Positions 49,750-63,800 of a stretch of 64,000 nucleotides of DNA are shown piece after piece. The notes below the pieces were generated by a model, which was not told the origin of the DNA, ran no database searches, and was given only the letters and a program-made list of their open reading frames with translations. The DNA lies in contig NC_043011.1 in the NCBI RefSeq assembly GCF_006345805.1, positions 32,500,464 to 32,564,463 on the forward strand. The letters are read 5' to 3'. How positions within the stretch are numbered: position 1 is the stretch's first letter; every line of letters starts with the position of its first letter. The translations under genes were made by a program, and so were the position numbers. This DNA is from Octopus sinensis (taxonomy: Eukaryota).

Positions 49750-49881
49750 TGGTTCCGGATTCAGTCCTAACGCGTGGCACCTCCAATACCTTGTGAGTGG
49801 ATTTGGTAGACGGAGACTGAAAGAGCCCCGACTTATATACATACATACGTACATACATACATACATACATACGTACATACA

Positions 49882-49961
<80 letters not shown>

Positions 49962-50182
49962 ATGTGTATGTATACATTTGTGTGTCTGTGTTTGTCCCCC
50001 ACCATCGCTTAACAACTGACGTTGGTGTGTTTACGTCTCTAACTTAACGGTTCGGCAAAAGACACCGATAGAATAGGTACTAGGCTTACAAAGAATAAGT
50101 CCTGGGTCGATTGGTTCGACTAAAGGTGGTGCTCCAGCATGGCCGCAGTCAAATGACTGAAGCAAGTAAAAGAATAAAAGAA
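49750..50182 (+). mobile_element. SINE A with internal deletion (further A fragments at 49255-49745)
   Basis: Body, (CATA)(TG) array and full tail. Confidence 0.8.
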
Positions 50183-50209
50183 CAAAAGAATACATGCTTA
50201 CATGTGTGT

Positions 50210-50520
50210 GTGAAGGCGCGTGGCTTAGTGGTTAGGGCATTCCGCTCACAATCGTAAGGTTGTAAATTCAATTCCAGGCGGTGCGTTGTGTCCTTGAGCA
50301 AGACACTTTATTTCACATTGCTCCAGTCCACTCAGCTGGCAAAAATGAATAGTACCTGTATTTCAAAGGACCAGCTTGTGTCACGCTGAATCTCCCCGAG
50401 AACTACGTTAAGGGTACACGTGTCTGCAGAGTGCTCAGCCACTTGCACGTTAATTTCACGAGCAAGCTGTTCTGTTGATCGTATCAGCTGGGACCCTCGT
50501 CGTTGTAACCGACGGAATTC
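50210..50520 (+). mobile_element. SINE C with tail X
   Basis: GTGAAGGCGCGTGGCTTAGTGGTTAGG..TCCTTGAGCAAGACACTTT..AAGGGTACACGTGTCTGCAGAGTGCTCAGCC. Confidence 0.87.
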
Positions 50521-50564
50521 TCCTTATATATATATATACTGGGCTCTGCCCTGAGGACCTGGAC

Positions 50565-51537
50565 CAGGGTCGCCAAAATGTGGGCCGCGTGCCGGATCCG
50601 GTCCGCAAGGTCAGTTCATCCGGCCCGCCGCCGCCGCCGCCGCACTGTATTTTTGTGCAAGTACCTGCAATGAGAGTTCATTTGCCTCTGATATGACATC
50701 AGTGCTTGGACCAACTTATGTCTGTCAGCAAACATTTTCAATTAAGAATGATGTGAAGTCAGCACATCGAACGAGGTTGACTGACCAATATTCGAAAGCA
50801 ATTCTCTTGGTTGGATGCAGCAATTCCTAAGCAAATCTCTTTTCTCTTTCTCTTTTACTTGTTTCAGTCATTTGACTGCGGCCATGCTGGAGCACCGCCT
50901 TTAGTCGAGCAACTCGACCCCGGGACTTATTCTTTGTAAGCCCAGTACTTATTCTATCGGTCTCTTTTGCCGAACCGCTAAGTAACGGGGACATAAACAC
51001 ACCAGCATCGGTTGTCAAGCAATGCTAGAGGAACAAACACAGACACACAAACACACACGCATATATATATATATATATAATATATATATATATATATACA
51101 TATATATACGACGGGCTTCTTTTCAGTTTCCGTCTACCAAATCCACTCACAAGGCATTGGTCGGCCCGAGGCTATAGTAGAAGACACTTGCCCAAGATGC
51201 CACGCAGTGGGACTGAACTCGGAACCATGTGGTTGGTAAACAAGCTACTTACCACACAGCCACTCCTGTGCCTAAATATTGATGATATCTTAAAAGCTAA
51301 ACACCAGTTTCACAAATCTCACTAACATTTTTTGTGAGATTCGGGTATGTGCGCGGTGGATGTGATATAACTATCTCGTTGCTAACGTCGCCTTCTTTGA
51401 AAACTTTTTCGTAAATAAATATATTGCTTGTCTTTATCTTTTGCGTATTCCCTGTAATGAGCAAAATGGTCATTTGGCCAGCGCTCGTAATTCTCTCAGT
51501 TATCTGGCCCGCTGTGAAAAGAATTTGGTAACCCCTG
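50565..51537 (+). mobile_element. hAT (Charlie/SPIN/GTF2IRD2-like) internally deleted transposon with nested SINE A
   Basis: TIRs CAGGGTCGCCAAA / TTTGGTAACCCCTG; decayed TSD ACCTGGAC / GTCTAGAC; internal SDMTSVLGPTYVCQQTFSIKNDVKSAHRTRLTDQY matches the hAT dimerisation motif FGSTY.CEQ.FS.MK..KS..R.RLTD. Confidence 0.85.
50835..51274 (-). mobile_element. SINE A, full length
   Basis: Reverse complement of the 15661 copy. Confidence 0.92.
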
Positions 51538-52086
51538 GTCTAGACGAACAAATCGACTGCAGGACTCTTTTACCGCTAAGTTATTTTTACTGCTAAGTTA
51601 CAGACCTAACCCACCCATCCATCCATCCATCCATTAGTAACCGGGGTAAAATGAGTAATCTCTGATTTCTCGTTATTTTCTTCCTCCCTGTTTGAAATCA
51701 TCCCATTGCAAGTATTGCATCATTATTTTGTACTGTTGCATCGTCTTTAGGAGTAAAAATTGGTTAGCATAGTTGTTGTTGTTAAAGTTGGAAGAGTCTA
51801 AAACATAGGTGGCAGGTCCTCATTTTTCAAGAAATTTTTCCACAAATTTGATCCGATTGTAGCTGAGGTCGCTATTGAAATATCTAGATAATTTTTGGTG
51901 TTTAACAATCAATATTCTTTTCTCTGTTGGATTCCAAGTTGATTTCCCCCACCCCACCCCAGCCCACATTAATGTTTAATTTGATAATTTTCAGGTTTCA
52001 AAAAATGATGTCTAAAATACGGTAAAATGAGAAATTACTAATTTCAATAATTTCTTCTCTTTAACTGAATAGCGTGGAAAAGGTTT

Positions 52087-52235
52087 AGGAGTGACTGTGT
52101 GGTAAGTAGCTTGCTTACCAACCACATGGTTCCGGGTGGCACCTTGGGCAAGTGTCTTTTACTATAGCCTCGGGCCGACCAAAGCCTTGTGAGTGGATTT
52201 GGTAGACGGAAACTGAAAGAAGCCCGTCGTATATA

Positions 52236-52283
<48 letters not shown>

Positions 52284-52490
52284 ATGTTTGTGTGTCTGTG
52301 TTTGTCCCCGCAACATCACTTGACAACCGATGCTGGTGTGTTTACGTCCACGTAACTTAGCGGTTCGGCAAAAGAGACCGATAGAATAAATACTAGGCTT
52401 ACAAAGAATAAGTTCTGGTGTCGATTTGCTCGACAAAAGGCGGTGCTCTAGCATGACCACGGTCAAATCACTGAAACAAGTAAAAGAGTA
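52087..52490 (+). mobile_element. SINE A with short deletion in head
   Basis: Family consensus. Confidence 0.88.
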
Positions 52491-52618
52491 TCACGGAGAG
52501 GACACTCTAGCAGATCGTGAAGATGCTATAGAGAATATTTTATGCTGAGTTTTCCTTTTTTCCTTTTTTCTTTCCTTTTTTATTTTTTAATCGAGTTTCA
52601 TTCTACTAGTCCAGATGA

Positions 52619-53149
52619 TTGAATAACTTTTCACCGCAAAATTTATTTCGCGATCATCAACGAAAGCTTGGGAGAGCAGATAATAGATTTTCAGAGCAAA
52701 ACGATAGTATATATTCTTCATTGTCAAGTCTACTACCAACGTCCGAGACATTTTTAGATTTTGGTGCTTTAAAACCTTTGAGCAATTTAGTTAATTGCGA
52801 TAAATCGGCCTTACTTTCTGAACTTACTGTGGCTAAAGCTTACATTTCCCAACAGAATATGATGACATTGCTTTATATTTTTGGATCTTTACGTATTGTA
52901 CAGGATGCCTTTCCAAATGTTTATCTTTTGTATGGTACAGCATTAACATTTGAATCTAGCACAGCTACATGTGAATCATCGTTTTCGACGCTGACTCGAA
53001 TTATGACACCCTTTCGATGAAATGTGAAGCACTAACGAAAATCAAACCTCGTGATACTTGCTTCCCTTAATAAATACAAATCAAGTATAGACAAGGAAGA
53101 TTTTCTTAAATTTTTTGCCTTGCGTTGCTGTAGATTTCAGTTGTATTAA
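52619..53149 (+). mobile_element. hAT transposase C-terminal fragment (ZMYM1-like group), disrupted by stops
   Basis: RFSEQND..FLDF..FPNVYLLYGTALTFESSTATCESSFSTLTRIMTPFR*..RKSNLVILA, an hAT dimerisation-domain pattern. Confidence 0.8.
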
Positions 53150-53479
53150 ATAAATGTAACCTGAGTTTATTTCGTGTTCTGAATTTTTTTGAGAGACTTG
53201 TGTCGTACAGTTCTCGTACGACATAATAAAATGATACATTAAGTCCGCTTAAGAGATAGTACTAGATGTTTGTCCGCTCACCTGTACTACTCGAACTCCC
53301 GAATCGACACATTGCTCATGAGCTGTCGAACCCATTGGCATTACTCCACCATATTTATTCTGGTGGACTAATCCATCCGTTCTACCTTGGGGGTGTTCTA
53401 TTTCCACACAACAGAGACATAATCACATTTTATAAACAGTACGGTTTTTAGAGTTCTGTTCAGCGAGTGTAATACAAAA

Positions 53480-53930
53480 GACCCTTAGGAAAAAAGCCCC
53501 CAAAGACAAAAGCCCCTCAAACAAACCCCCACAGTTAAAGTATGAAAGTGTTTTGTTTTTGTTTTTCACAACGCGGTTTCTGTTTTTGTTTATTTGAAAT
53601 TATATAAAAATAATGTTTAAAGATTTGGCTGTTATCTCTAACATGTGGAAAGACCTTTTAGGCTTAACTATGTGCTAGTTGATAATCATTAAAAAAAATA
53701 TTGGAGTCGATACATTCGACTAAAAATTTTTCGAGGTGATGCCCCAGCATGGCCTCAATTTAATGATTACAACAAGTAAAATGAAAATAAAAACGAAATA
53801 TATCAGAAATTTTGACCAGGCTAGGCGTCAAGAAATGTGAAAAAAAAGGCGAAAAAAATAACCGAAAAATATAAGCATGGGACTTTTGTCCACTTTCATA
53901 CTTTAAGTAGGGGCTTTTGTCCGTACCCCT
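53480..53930. mobile_element. Candidate MITE with modular inverted ends
   Basis: GACAAAAGCCCCT (53505) and TTAAAGTATGAAAGTG (53535) are mirrored by CACTTTCATACTTTAA (53891) and GGGGCTTTTGTC (53910). Confidence 0.5.
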
Positions 53931-56305
53931 GTTCAGCACCCCCAGTTGCAATCGGCTGACTACGTGGCTGTGTTGTAGTATGTTTTAGGATGTTCAAGGA
54001 TGTTCTTAATCATACTCCAGATAAATAACATTATATGGTTTAAATTTTCTTTCAAAGCGCTCCCTCTTTATAGGATTCATGTCGACAATGTTCTTCGGAA
54101 TGGTCGAACCATGTTTGTTTCTTAGAAGGTTTTGATTTTGAGTGGATGGACCTAAAAACTACTTTAACATTGGAAAAGAGTAGAATGTCGTTAGCATTTG
54201 CTAATTGTTAGTTTTCCCGAGCTTTTCCCTCCACCATTGTTTTTCAGGTTTTGATTAAAATTTTGGGCAGCAGCATTCTATTCCTGATAGCGTTTCTCTT
54301 TCGGTTGTTGAAGGTTAGTCAAATATAAGGAGACGAAACCTTTTTTTCTTTTTGTCGGAGCTGTCTATAATTATCACCCAACCAATCAAGATGCTTTTTT
54401 TTTCCTGGAACCTAATTGTAACCCCGCAAGGATGTGATTATAGCGCTCTCTCTTCAGTAGACAGTAGATTTCAGTGTCCTTCTTCGTTTCGCTGGACATG
54501 CTTTCGCAGTTGCCGTTGAAGATTTTTTGAAATTTCTGTACATGGTTGATGTCTTGAGGTATTCAACATTGAACATCTTGATAGTGCTTCGAGTCTGATT
54601 TTTCTTTTTGTCCAAATCTTCATTCTCATAATCGATGAGAAGAGGTAACGTTCTAAACAACACTAGTAGACACTAATAATGTTTCCTGTTTTCAGTACGT
54701 CTTGTTGGTCAGAGATCGTAAGATGGTATAGTCGATTATGTATCATTCCTTGGGGCTTGGATGTTGCTGGGAATCTTTGCGCCTCTGGTCAATTAGATTG
54801 TTTACCATCATTAGGTTGTGTTCAGCACATTTGATATGTAGAATTTTTCTATTAGCGCTGGCTTTACTATCTCTTACTTTGATGATAAATTCCATCAACG
54901 ATGTCAACGAAAGACCTCCAAAATCACCTGGCGAGATAGAATTACAACTGAAGAAATTCTTCTGCTAAGCAAATTTCAGCCGCTGTTTAAAACATTGTGC
55001 TGCCGAGTTTGTTTCTCCTGGTAAGTTGTAGTTTGTTGCTGCCAACACTTTGATAGGCAAAGACTGTCATAACGTGAACACCAGAAGAAGTCGAACTGGA
55101 AAGTAACTATTCGATGTACACTTGGAGCTTGATGTTTCAAGAAGACCATAAATGCAGGAGGACTTGTTAAAGAGAAGCGGGAGAACTATGGCAGATCAAC
55201 CATCCTGGAAGAAGTCTTGATCTTTGTGATCTTTGTCGACTCTGATATTGAAGCCTCCTTAAGAAAATGATCTTGTTGATGTTAGTGAAAGAAAAATGTT
55301 TAAGTTGGGCATTGCTCACATTAATTTATCTTCAGGTGGTGGTGGTGGTGGTGGTGATGGTGGTGTGTTGGTTCTTGACGAACTGGATTTGCAGAGCTAC
55401 ATGATGTTTGTTTTAACCCATGGATTGTTCTACCAGCTTTAGAAATAAGCTGGCTCAGAAAAACATACTCAAAAGATCGTTGACTGTTCAGTCAATTCCT
55501 TTATAGAAAAAGAAAAAAAATGTTGACTTTGCACATTCTTTCAGCTACTCTACTTCAGCCCTGAGGGTTCCACTCCAAGCAACGACGTCAAAATCAAATT
55601 TCTGCAGTTTACGAACAACAAAAGTAGTTTTCCCTACCCCTCTTTTTCCCTTACCCCCATCTAGCTATTTGTCTTTGAGTTCTCCATCATAGTTTTGCTA
55701 CTTGATATATTTCAATCGCACGATAGTGAACCTCCGGATGTGGCTTTCTACACAAGATGAGACGACACAGGCTATTTTCAGGACTCTTTTTTCTACCTCT
55801 TACCCAGTCTAGAGTAAGTAGGGTGAACCTTCAATAAGGCTGCCCAAACAGGCAACTGCTCCCAAAACAACCTTGCTGGATTTGTCCAAAAGTTGGACGA
55901 CTGAAGCAGAGGCATTCGCCGCTTTCTTGTTGCTTCTTGGCAAAGACCTTCCTGTCGTTAGTCACTTGTTCTCGTCTTTGTTCTCCGATTGCTGAAAACC
56001 TCATCAAATTAGTGCTCTCGTCCACAGAACGAAGACACCTGTGCACCTCAAAACGTATACTGAAACACAAAAATCAATCGAACTGAATCTAATGACAGGG
56101 AAACCAAGAGGATTGGAGCCGATCGATCTATTGGAGCCGCTTGATCTGTTGGAGCCTCCACTCAGCTTCGCAGACGTTGATTTCAAGTTCACTTCACTTT
56201 GTATTTTTATGGAACCCTCATCCTCAACTTTGCCACCAAGAGCATTGCTAGAAGCATCAATACATGTGTGTGTATGTACACACACACAGATATTTATATA
56301 TATAT

Positions 56306-56351
<46 letters not shown>

Positions 56352-56708
56352 CCTGCTCGCTTAGCCAGCGGGGTGGTGTCATTTGAAGGCTAAAACAATG
56401 CAAAGCGCATTGTGATCAGCGATGTGTAGCAACATCTGATAGCCTGGTCGGTCACGGTGACGGTGATATAAATATATATATATATACATATATACTTACA
56501 CTATACATACATGCATGTGTGCGTGTGTGTCGTCTCAGTATGTGCGCGTGTGCATGTGCGTGTCTGTGTATGTGCGCTCACTTGCTTCGTATGAACTAAG
56601 AAGAGAGTGAGAGAACGGAATTACTTTATAATGTGTGATGTTATATTGTAAATTTTCTATATGTGTGAGTGTGTGTAAACCGTATACACACACACACACA
56701 CAGACACA

Positions 56709-57105
56709 TAGAAGTGGCTGTGTGGTAAGTAGCTTGCTTACCAACCACATGTGTCCGGGTTCAGTCCCGCTGCGTGGCACTGTGGGCAAATGTCTTCTAT
56801 TATTGCCTCGGGCCGACCAAAGCCTTGTGAGTAGACTTGGTAGACGGAAACTGAAAGAAGCCCGTCGTATATATCTATATATGTATATGTATGTGGTTGT
56901 GTGTCTGAGTGTGTGTCCCCCAACATCGCTTGACAACCAATACTGGTGTGTTTATGTCCCCGTAACTTAGCGGTTCGGCAAAAGAGACCGATAGAATAAG
57001 TACTAGGCTTACAAAGAATAAGTCCTGGGGTCGATTTGCTCGACTAAAGGCGGTGCTCCAGCATAGCCTCAGTCAAATGACTGAAACAAATAAAAGAATA
57101 AAAGA

Positions 57106-57107
<2 letters not shown>
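56709..57107 (+). mobile_element. SINE A, full length
   Basis: Family consensus. Confidence 0.9.
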
Positions 57108-57151
<44 letters not shown>

Positions 57152-57203
57152 GCATGTATACATACATACACACGGACACACATACACATACGCGCGCGTG
57201 CAT

Positions 57204-57256
<53 letters not shown>

Positions 57257-57574
57257 TGCACCCAGCCTGCCTGCCAGCCAACCAGCCAGCCAGGCAGACG
57301 GGGAATAATATGAATAGTAAGTATTGTCTTTATACAAAATTTATAGTTGGCCTATCTATACAAAAGCCAGACAGTGGAGTTGGGATGTGTGAGATGAGAA
57401 TGCTGGCTAGTGGATACGTCAGCCTAGTGCATCGATTGTAATGCAGATAAGGTTTTGAGGAGAAACTATGGAATAACTTAAATTTCGAAAAGAATATGCG
57501 AAAGAATAGATAGACATGTGCTGCGTTTGTAACGTCAGTCTCTTAGGGTAGAGCATTTAGATATCTGTAGATAC

Positions 57575-58225
57575 ACACACACACGCGCGCGCGCGTGCTC
57601 ACATGCACACGCGCACACACACGCACATGTTCACATGTACATTTATATACATATGCACATTTATATACATATGCACATTTATATACATATGCACGCACGC
57701 ACGCTCGAACATTCGTACATAGGTACACGCACACGTGCACACGCACACACATGTACGCGCATAGACGCGCTTGCACACACGTACGCACACGCGTGCACAC
57801 AGGCACACATACAAACACGCACACGTCCACGCGCACACATGCGCACATGCACGCACATGCACATGCACATGCACGCGCACACATGCGCACATACACACAC
57901 ATGCACACGCACGCGCTCATGCACACACATGCACATGCACGCACACACACACACATACACACATACACACATGTAGATGCACGCACACACGCGCACACAT
58001 GCACGCATACGCACACACATGCACGCGCATGCACACTCAAACACTCATACATAGGTGTACACACACATGCACACACATTCACACACATTCACACACATGC
58101 ACACACATGCACACACATTCACACACATGCACACACATTCACACACATGCACACACATGCACATACACACACATGCAAGCACGCATACACGCACACATAC
58201 ATACACACACACATGCACACACACT
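57575..58225. repeat. Complex (CA/CG/TG) alternating purine-pyrimidine tract with an 18-bp unit GCACATTTATATACATAT repeated about three times
   Basis: Direct reading. Confidence 0.9.
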
Positions 58226-60296
58226 TATAATAGACACATGGTGTCCCAGATATAATGATGGAATTTTAGTCAAGTCCGTTAACTTAGTATATTGCAATGT
58301 TCTTTTAGTAATTAATTAATTAATTATTTGAATTTATTTTATTTTATTTTACATGCATGTTCTAGGTATGACGAAATATATTAATTCAAACCTGGAGAAG
58401 TATTTAAAACTTAAGCTTTTCCAAAATTAAAAAGCCTTACATGGTCGTTCCCCTCCCCCACCGACTACCTCGCCCGCTTCAGCAAGTTTCACAGAGTAGA
58501 CCAAGCACAAAGCTACTATGCAAGGTTGGAGAAAATGTCTGCAGTAGATAGTCAAATAAGTGTCTGCCTTGCTTAGGCAATTTGACTCAAGGGATAATGA
58601 AGGGAGAGGAAATATTGGAAAGAGGAAGAAAGAGAGAAAGGGAGGAGATTAAAGGGAGAGCGATAGAGAGAGGAAGTAGGGAGTTACAATGGAAGGGAGA
58701 TTGTCGGCTGCCTATGTTCTGTTCGAAGAAACTGACTGAACATTGTAGCAATTTAATCTAAATGCTTGTTTTTCTGTCTGTGTTATATATAAATTAAATG
58801 CAAGACGAACAATTTTATTTATTTGAAATAATTTCTCATAAAAACGCTTACGCCATGTTAATTTTTTGTGTTGTTTTTAATTAATTTTGAATAAAGAAAC
58901 AAAAACAAACAAAACAACAATGATAACGACAAAATTTTGTTGATTTTAAAATATTTATTTGGAATTATTAATAAGAAATTTTCAGTGGAAGTTAAATGCC
59001 AAATATAGAACTGTCCCTTTTGTAACGGATGAATCAGATAAAATAGTTTCTTGCAACGACTGAAGACCGTTGTTGTTGTTAGTGAAAAGCGCTTTGCCTT
59101 CTTCTCTCAACCAGCAGCCGACAGACAGACAGACATGCTGCTATGGAACTACGCTAATGACAACATTATGGGACAGGAATAAAAGATTATTAAACTGAGC
59201 TGGTCACAGTGAAAACAAATTGACAGATGAATATTGGTATTTTAGCACTGACGCTCAGTCAATTTCCTGAATGTCTTTTATATTCGACCATCTCACTCTC
59301 TTGACCCAAATTCGCTTTATTTCGCTGTGACACGTTCTTCCTGTCTTCGCCCCGAGAGAAAGTCTGATCTTTGTTGGATTAAAAGTGTTCAGTTTACATT
59401 GCATATTCATATTTATCGTTCGAATTCTTTGTCGCTCTATCTCTCCTCCTCCTCCTTCTTCTCCTCTTCTTCACTTCTCTTTCTTCCTTTCTTCTCTCCT
59501 CCTCCTCCTTCCTTTTTTTGTCTTTTTTTTTCTCTTCTCCTTTTCTATAAACAATTAAGTTATACCATACCACGTTATTCTATTTGATACAGAGCCACGG
59601 TGCTTATAGTTACACGGCCGTGTGTGAAACATGTTTAGCACATCCAGTCACACACCACTGGCAAAATATTACCCTTCTCGTTTTTGTTTTTGTTTTTGTT
59701 CTTCCTCTATATGTTTCATTTTATTGTCTGTGTTTCTTACCAGTAAACGACTGTTCGCTGCCAGGGAAGCTGTATAATGTATGTGTCTATCTACTTACAA
59801 AGGGACATTAAAATGCCACAACAAGAATGGTTGTAAACAATTCAAAGAAGCCGCCTCCACATTTTATTCCGATATGTCACTAAGCCGCCAATTAGGAAAA
59901 GTGGAAGCTGCAAGGTGGAAGCTAGTCATGCTAGAAATAACAGCAAAATCTCCCTCAAGCCACACTTTCGCTCTTAAAAAAGTTGGAAAGACACACGTTA
60001 CGTAATCTAGTGTCCTTGATATATTTCCTAAAAGGAGAGATGGTCACGGGATGTCTGGAAGGCCTCTGGTCCTTGGCGTTTTGTTCTGTTTTTCGTCTTA
60101 TGATCCGGGTTGACTTTGGGCAAAACAACAACAACGATGTCGGCGACGATGACAACAACAACAACAACGACAACAACAACAGCGGCAACCATGATATATC
60201 ATAATTACGAATGTTTAATCTTCCATTTGACAAGAAACAGTTCTTATATCAGTAATCTGGATATTCACCATAGATAGTATTTACTTGCCGTTCAGA

Positions 60297-60380
60297 CCAC
60301 CAAAACCACCACCACCACCATTACCACCACCACCACCACCACCACCACCATTACCACCACCACCACCACCACCACCACCA

Positions 60381-60412
<32 letters not shown>

Positions 60413-60620
60413 ACCACCACCATTACCACAACCACCACCACCACGTTCACCACCACCACCACCACCACCATCACCACCACCACCATCACCACCACCACCA
60501 CCGCCCCCCCATTAGCACCGCCACCACCACCATCATTACAACCATCACCACCACCATCATTACCACAACCACCACCACCACACCACCACCACTACCACCA
60601 CAAACACCACCACCACCACC
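60297..60620. repeat. (CCA)n / (CCG)n trinucleotide array
   Basis: Direct reading. Confidence 0.92.
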
Positions 60621-61446
60621 GTTTCCTTATTGATTTCTTACGTAAGAACAAAAGCCTCAGAGACAACGGGCGGCGGCAGGGGGGGCGAGAAGGGTGAAGG
60701 AGGGGGCGAGAGGGGGAGGGGGTGAAGAGAGAGAGAGGGCGAGCGAGAGGGTAAGAGAAACGAGTTTACGCGTCGTTCATGCATCTATCTATCTAAAGAG
60801 CCTTAGCGATGAAACACACAACGTAATCTGAAACGTGGTCAAAGAGTAGATTTTTACTGGAAGCTTATCTCGACTCTGCTACTATCCTAATACACTTATC
60901 TACAAACAGTATTTCTTTATTGTTTTTCAGTCTATTGTGAACGGCACCATTCTAACTATAGACGGTTCTAGAAATTTGTCAGATCTTGAACTTAGTCTTG
61001 CTAAACAGTACTGAGGTTGAAGAAAGTCTGAATATATTCATGTCCTCACAGTGACATTTTATTATGAACTTTTGTTATTGAATGGGCAAAGCCAGACAAC
61101 TAAAAGGTTTTATTGCATAATATTGACTGATGCATTCCTGGTTCCTGGGCCCTTTTCTTTTTTTTTCTTTTTCTCTTCCTTTCTTTTTCACTTTCTTTCT
61201 TTCTTTCTTTCGTTCTTTCTGTCTTTCTTTTTTTTTTTTTTTTTTTGTTCATGCAATATTATTCGGAAGCATATGTAGTCCGTAATGGTCTACAAGAACA
61301 AAGGTTTTTCACTATACGACATGTGTGTGTCTATGTGCGTGTGTGCGTGAATATGTGTGTGTGTGTGTGTGTGTGTGTTGACAACAATACCGGTGTCCCA
61401 GCATGGCCACAGCTCGAAGATTGATACAGGTAAGGGAGTAAAAGAA

Positions 61447-61499
<53 letters not shown>

Positions 61500-61570
61500 C
61501 TCTATCTATCCTATTATCTAGATATCTAGATCTATCTATATAGATAAGATAGATAGATTATAGATAGATA

Positions 61571-61615
<45 letters not shown>

Positions 61616-61669
61616 CATACACAAATACTCCACGCGCACGCACACACGCACACATACACACGTATACGT

Positions 61670-62975
61670 TTACTTGGCTATGACCGCCCATCAAAGACGA
61701 TGACGACGTCGATCCAGGACATCCATCTTCCTCCGTATCCAGCCCATTGTTTCTCATAGTAACGGACGTGCCTGACAAGACCGATATGAGACAGGTAGAT
61801 CCCGTAGTAGTGAGGGCACTGAAAGTGACCCTGAAAGTGACGCAGCCGCAGCGGGGTTGATGACGATGTTTCCTCTTCTCTTCATGCAGAATCCTGCATC
61901 CGGTTTCAAACACGATCTACTCCACTATCACATCAGATCCCCCAACCAATTAGATGAGACACTGCTTAAAATGAGAGTCCGTTTAAGATGATCATGAAAA
62001 CGAAGTTTTGGATATCCATGATGCCTAACTCGTGTCTCGATTTCGCTAAAGAGGATAATTTTGGGGAACCAGTTACACGGCATCCGAATCCCATGGCCAG
62101 CTCATCAGAGAAAACAACAAAGGATGCAGGCCTCAGTGCTTTAGATCCCAACCCGAGGATTTTGGTATGAGACACATTGTCCTTGAACGTGAGACCGAGG
62201 ATACTTTGGAGTGATCTGATATTGAACGCTTCCAGTTTTTTGATCTGGCGCCGATAAGGGGTTCAGCTCTTAGACCCGTACAGAAGGATGAATACACAGA
62301 CATTATTGTGCTTCCTCTAAGGTTCTTGTTCTTGTTCCGAAAGACTCATCCGTTGAGTCATCCGAAAGATAGAGGCTAAGTTGATCCGACGGAGTGTCTC
62401 CTTGCCAACGAGTCCAGCGTTAGAAATTGTGCTTCCAAGATAGCAGAATGAATCTGTCTGCGATAGATGAGCATTGTCAATGAGTATGGACAGAGCGGGG
62501 AGGTGAGTACTAGAAGGCTGATTGGAGAATTTCAGTTTTTTTACGATTCCCTTAAAGACCGAGCCGAGAATAGGCATTGCTCATTGAGCTCGTCGTATGC
62601 AGAAGAGAGTTGGTGGTATGAAATGGCGCAGCTGAATCGTCAGCATACTGAATCTCGTACACCGTGGTTGAGAAGGATTTTGATGTAGCGTTCATCCAGC
62701 GTGTCTTAAAGATGCTGCCATCATAGCGATGCCTTATACGAAATCCGTATCAATAACTGTTTCCTGGACAGAAGGGTTACAGCCACCAGGTAAGTATTAA
62801 AGAGTACTGAGAGAAGGACGTATCATTTTACCCCTACCTGGACATCAAAGAGTTTCGGGGCTACACCGCCGATTGTCACTTTTGCATGTATACCGTCATG
62901 AAACTCCTGGACGATCGGTAGAGAAACGTAGGTGGGCAACAAAACTTCTGAAACAGGCGCCATAACATAGATTGG
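61670..62975 (-). mobile_element. RTE-clade LINE, 5'-truncated and decayed (RT through C-terminal zinc finger)
   Basis: IVQEFHDGIHAKVTIGG..VGVK; VYEIQYADD (YADD at 62636-62647); DSFCYLGSTIS; RRQIKKLEAFNIR; PKIILFSE..GYPKLRFHDHLK; FQCPHYYGIYLSHIGLVRHVR. Confidence 0.92.
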
Positions 62976-63073
62976 TAGATCGACGAATGCATTTCATATT
63001 TCTCTCGGCTATGCACAACACTTTTCAAAGAGAAACAGGCTACATATTTGTGCGTGTGTGTTTGTTATATGTC

Positions 63074-63125
<52 letters not shown>

Positions 63126-63429
63126 GATGCTGTTGTGTTTACGTGCCCGTAACATAGCGGTTCGACAGAAGGGACCGATAAGATAATAATATTATATATA
63201 TATATATATATTATATATTATATATATGTATATAATAATACACATATAGATACATAGATATAACCTATATATACACCTATATATATCTACCTATTATATA
63301 TATACACCTCATATATATATATATATATTATATCTATATATATATATATATATATATGCATATATACATACGTATATATACATACTTACATCTATACGTA
63401 TATATATGTATATATATATATATATGTGT

Positions 63430-63800
63430 GTGTGTGGGCACAGGATGTTATGAAACGTTTACAACAAAAATGTACGAAACACGAGTGCATGGAACACTAA
63501 CTATTCTTTCGAACAACGAAAGACACTAATGGAAAACAAAACAAACAACATAAAGAACGACCTTTCATCAGTTGTTGGCTGTTTATCTAGTCTCGTATTC
63601 GAGCATTTAACAACAATATACGCTTTCGATAAAACAGTTGCTCCCGCAAAGGAAATTAAATAAAATTTTAGATTTTGCTGTGGGTCAAAATAGGTAACAC
63701 AAACAGGACAGTGAAAACAAACAGGAAGGGTTGCTAAGTGAAAACAAACAGGAAGGGTGGCGAACGCGATATCAAGCTAGGACAGGAGACAAACAACAAC
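63430..63800. repeat. Dispersed repeat remnant, possibly Penelope-like, with decayed hammerhead-like elements
   Basis: Minus strand GAAAGCGTA..TTGTTG...CAACAA-CTGATGA-AAGG. Confidence 0.35.

Noticed and set aside
60285-60515. Poly-proline (formin- or extensin-like) ORF
   Set aside because: (CCA)n microsatellite with no supporting flanking exon sequence.
61536-61913. 125-aa ORF that looks like a host exon ending at a GTAAAC donor
   Set aside because: It overlaps the frameshifted RTE LINE C-terminus; another frame gives the RTE zinc-finger motif.
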